Below, piece after piece: positions 60,640 through 64,000 of a stretch of 64,000 nt of DNA. The DNA lies in the NCBI RefSeq assembly GCF_036971445.1, contig NC_091481.1, positions 60,450,001-60,514,000 on the forward strand, written 5' to 3'. The stretch is from Narcine bancroftii. Its lineage: Eukaryota. The notes under the pieces are model-generated. The model saw only the letters and a program-made list of their open reading frames with translations. It did not search any database and had not been told where the DNA came from. Both the position numbers and the translations under genes were made by a program. Every line of letters begins with the position of its first letter. The stretch's first letter is position 1.

Positions 60640-62780
60640 GAGACATCTTGTGATGCCATAGGATCAGTTAAAAAAAATGATAATTGAGGAATATTTAAAT
60701 TAAATAATACCTTTAAATACATCTACTTTGTAATAAGAATGCCTCTGAAAAGAGAAAAATTAGCTGCAGCCTTACCTGGAGCCCAACAAGAAGAAAGGAT
60801 GAGAAGAGATACGAGGCCTACCTCAATGACAAAACAGGGAGCTAGCGCTTGGGCTGCTCCCGGGTGAGCGATCACTTGGAAGGGCCATGTACCAGCATCA
60901 CTCACTGGCAGCTACGGAAAGATGGCATCAGGGGAGAACCTGGAACTGAACGATGCATGCGCAATAAGTTGAAGCACAAAGCATCATTGGGAGTAGGGCC
61001 AAAAGTTATGAAAAAGTCAGGGACCTCCACTTCAGCGCTGGTCAATGAGGAGTTGGGCTCCAGAGAAGGATCTGCAAGCAAAGATGAAGAACAACCACAG
61101 CAGGAGGAATTAAAGGAATTAAGACTCTTTCACAAAGTAGATTTAATTACAGCAATAATGCATCAGTTTGAAAAAGGAAGTGAAAGAAGAAATGAAGGGA
61201 TTGAAGGTAGAAATGAAAGAAATGCATGCAGAAATGAAGGGGGAAGCTAATAGGGTGTTAGAGGTTGTGAATAAAATGAAGAAGAAATTGGACAAAATGG
61301 ATGAGAAAATAACAAGGGTACAGGAGGAAATGCAGCATGTTGAAGACGGAATCAATTGTGGAGAACACAACAACTGGTTTAATTATGGTGAACCAAAAGC
61401 TTTTAGAGAAAGTGGATGTATTGGAAAACTTCAATAGAAGGAATAATATTAAAACAGTGGGCCTTTTGGAAGAGGAAGAGTCTCCAGATTCAATCGGTTT
61501 TTTTTTCAGAAGTTTTGAAAATGGATTCCAGAAGTTTTGGAAGAGCAAAATTTTGAAAATCCATTTGAAATTGAAAGAGCTCATAGGGCTCTGATGACAA
61601 AACCTCTTCCAAATCAGAAACACATTCTACATTGATCAAATTTCTACATTATCAAGACACAAAGAAGGTTTTAAGTCTTGCTGTGAGAGGGACAAGGGAG
61701 CAGAAAGGCCTGTTTCAATGGGATGGAAATAGAATTTTATTCTATCTGGATTTGAGTGAAGATTTACTGAAGGAAAGAATTTAATCCAACTAAAAAAGCT
61801 CTTTTCGATAAAGGCTACAAACTTGTGTTATGTTTACCCTGCGACTTTAAAGATTTTCATACTGGGAGATCAAAATAAATTCTTTTCTAATTTTGCTTCA
61901 GTGGATGAATTCGCCCAGGGCCTCCCTATAGTGCCGTCTCCAAAAGATGCTTTATCTCTGTTGGAACTAACTACTTTAATTTTCCTGTTTCATTATTATT
62001 GGAAAAGAGGAAGTTCGTAAGATGAAAGAAAGAATAAGAATTATTCTTTTTTTCTTTGTCTTTTTGATTTGCATAACTAACTAATTAAAGATTATATAAT
62101 AAATGTACCAAGGGAGTTGGGAGGAGTGGGTAGTACTGACTACTGGGGATTACGTGTGTTTTTATGACATTGGTCAGAACCCGTAAAATGGAGGGGGGTA
62201 GTTTTGTACATTATTTAAACAACACTTATGGGGAGGGCTTTGCTTTTTATATATATAGTTATAACTGTGGGATTATGTACTTATCCAAGTCTATCTGTTT
62301 TTCTTTTATTTGGATTGCCAGAGGAGATGCATACTGACACATGGGATATCAAACAATGGAAGTAGGAGGAGATTTGTGGAGTGGGGGTGGGGGGAGAAGG
62401 AGAGGTAACAGAAGTTACATGAAAATGATTTATTATAATTTACCAAGATGAGTACGATAATGAAATTTTTAAATTTTAATGTTAATAGATCAAACAAGCC
62501 TGTGAAAAAAGAAGAGAGTGTTAACACATATTAAGAAAACAAGAGTTGATGTGGCTTTTCTCCAAGAAACACATTTAACTGAAAAAGAACATTTCAAATT
62601 AAAAAGGGATTGGATTGGATAAGTAGCGTCTTCTTGTTTAATTCTAAGGTAAGTGGTGTGGCAATTTTGTTAAAATAATGTTCCAATTAAAATTCAAAAT
62701 GTTGTGATGGACCCTGCAGGGAGATATGTAATGGAACATTGTCAACTATATTCTGAATTGTGGCATTTCTTAATCTTCAA
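60640..62780 (+). mobile_element. Degraded L1-clade LINE: ORF1, spacer and start of ORF2 endonuclease
   Basis: Coiled coil, then LENFNRRNNIKTVGL and EIERAHR (L1 ORF1 RRM); then FNVN...VDVAFLQETHL (APE domain). Confidence 0.75.
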
Positions 62781-63469
62781 ACCTATTTGTCAGTTTGTAA
62801 AAGGCTGTACAGGGGCAGTAGTATAGGATTCAGTCCTTGTTTTCCAGGGTCAAATATGAACTTTTATTTTTGGAAGATGTACAGTGGTGGATATTGGCTG
62901 ATAACCTTTGTTTTACATCTGTTAAGTCCAAGGCCATCATCCTCTTGAATGGCTTCCAAACTTGCACACCGCAGCTTAACTGTTGAAATTCCAATGACCC
63001 TGGAAGGCACCATGGTTTGAAGAGTTCTATAGTCCTCTAAATGAGAATGGCACTCACAGCTCAAAGCTACCCATTGCAATCCAGCCTCATTTAATGCCAT
63101 CCATGGTGAGGTGGGTTCATCTCCACCTAGTACGCACAACTCTAATTCAACCAATAGGAATTCTTCTGGATTCACCACATCATTAATAAAACAGATATTA
63201 CACAAAATTTCCTTTAGTCTAGCATAAGGCAGACAGATTCACCATCAGTAGAAATTGCCCGGCACCTCTTACAAGTCAGAGAAAGAAAAGCAAAAGTGAG
63301 GCTCCCCAGAGTCACCGAGTGTACATGGAATCACCTCCAGTGCTCTACCAGCTTCTGCAACCACACAGAGTCCAGTCCAAACCATTGGCAACCTGAGCTC
63401 TGGATCTGAATCTTTGACATGATCAGGAAGCCTTATAATGGAGAGGCCGTGGCCACCACAGGGTGGCGC

Positions 63470-64000
63470 TGTCATGTTCCTTTTCAGTGGACACATTGCA
63501 TGCCAATCAAGGTCAAGGCTCACCCCAAGCCATCAGGGTGACCCTTGTGATTGGCCCACCTAAATCACCAGGTGCTGAAGTCCAGACAGCTTGCTTGGAC
63601 TCAGCCCTGACCTTCACCCAATTGGCCCAGGTGAATCACCTAGGATGACCCCTGCTGAGTTCCCACAATTGGTTTTGAGCCATTGGCCACAGCCTGCCTT
63701 GAGTGATTGGCCCCCCCAGTTACTGGGTGCAGAACTATAAAGGACCATGTGCCCCTTTGTTCTGTTTCTTTTGACCTCTCATGGCACGTAATTATCACCT
63801 TTCGCACTGGGTTGGGGTGAGTCCTCAGGTTAGGTAGCTAGAGCCATGTCCATACTGGTCAAGGGATGGGGGTATTGATTCTGACGGTTGATTGTATTTA
63901 AGTAATTTCCCCAGTTTCTTTCGGTTTCTCCCTCACTATCCGAAGTGTATTATTTACCCCTTGCATATTGAGCATGTGTGAATATGTTTATTTAGCATTT
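63470..64000 (+). mobile_element. Probable LTR (partial, runs off the window)
   Basis: Begins TGTCATG; several CCAAT/ATTGG boxes; TATAAAA near 63736. Confidence 0.45.

Overview
Repeat-rich vertebrate genomic DNA, most likely a cartilaginous fish (ray or shark; inferred from the repeat landscape of V-SINEs, Deu-domain SINEs, CR1, Rex1/Babar, RTE and Penelope). Three protein-coding genes can be reconstructed exon by exon with consistent splice phases. ATF4 (+, about 22.3-24.8 kb, 342 aa) keeps its uORF-controlled leader. RPS19BP1/AROS (-, 36144-30913, 4 exons, 148 aa) is absent from the ORF track as a whole. An MPST-type sulfurtransferase (-, 47915-41594, 2 coding exons, 293 aa) has a CGSGVT active loop. 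The rest is mostly nested transposable elements, a 35-bp minisatellite and a possible spliced transcript running away from the ATF4 promoter. The most notable observations are: an extra strong-context uORF in the ATF4 leader that a tandem alternative 3' splice site could switch on or off; a 5'-inverted (twin-priming-like) RTE insertion; an array of about 19 consensus 5' splice sites between MPST and RPS19BP1; and a recursive-splice-type junction in RPS19BP1. I see no prokaryote-type system such as CRISPR. Repeat boundaries without stated TSDs are approximate.
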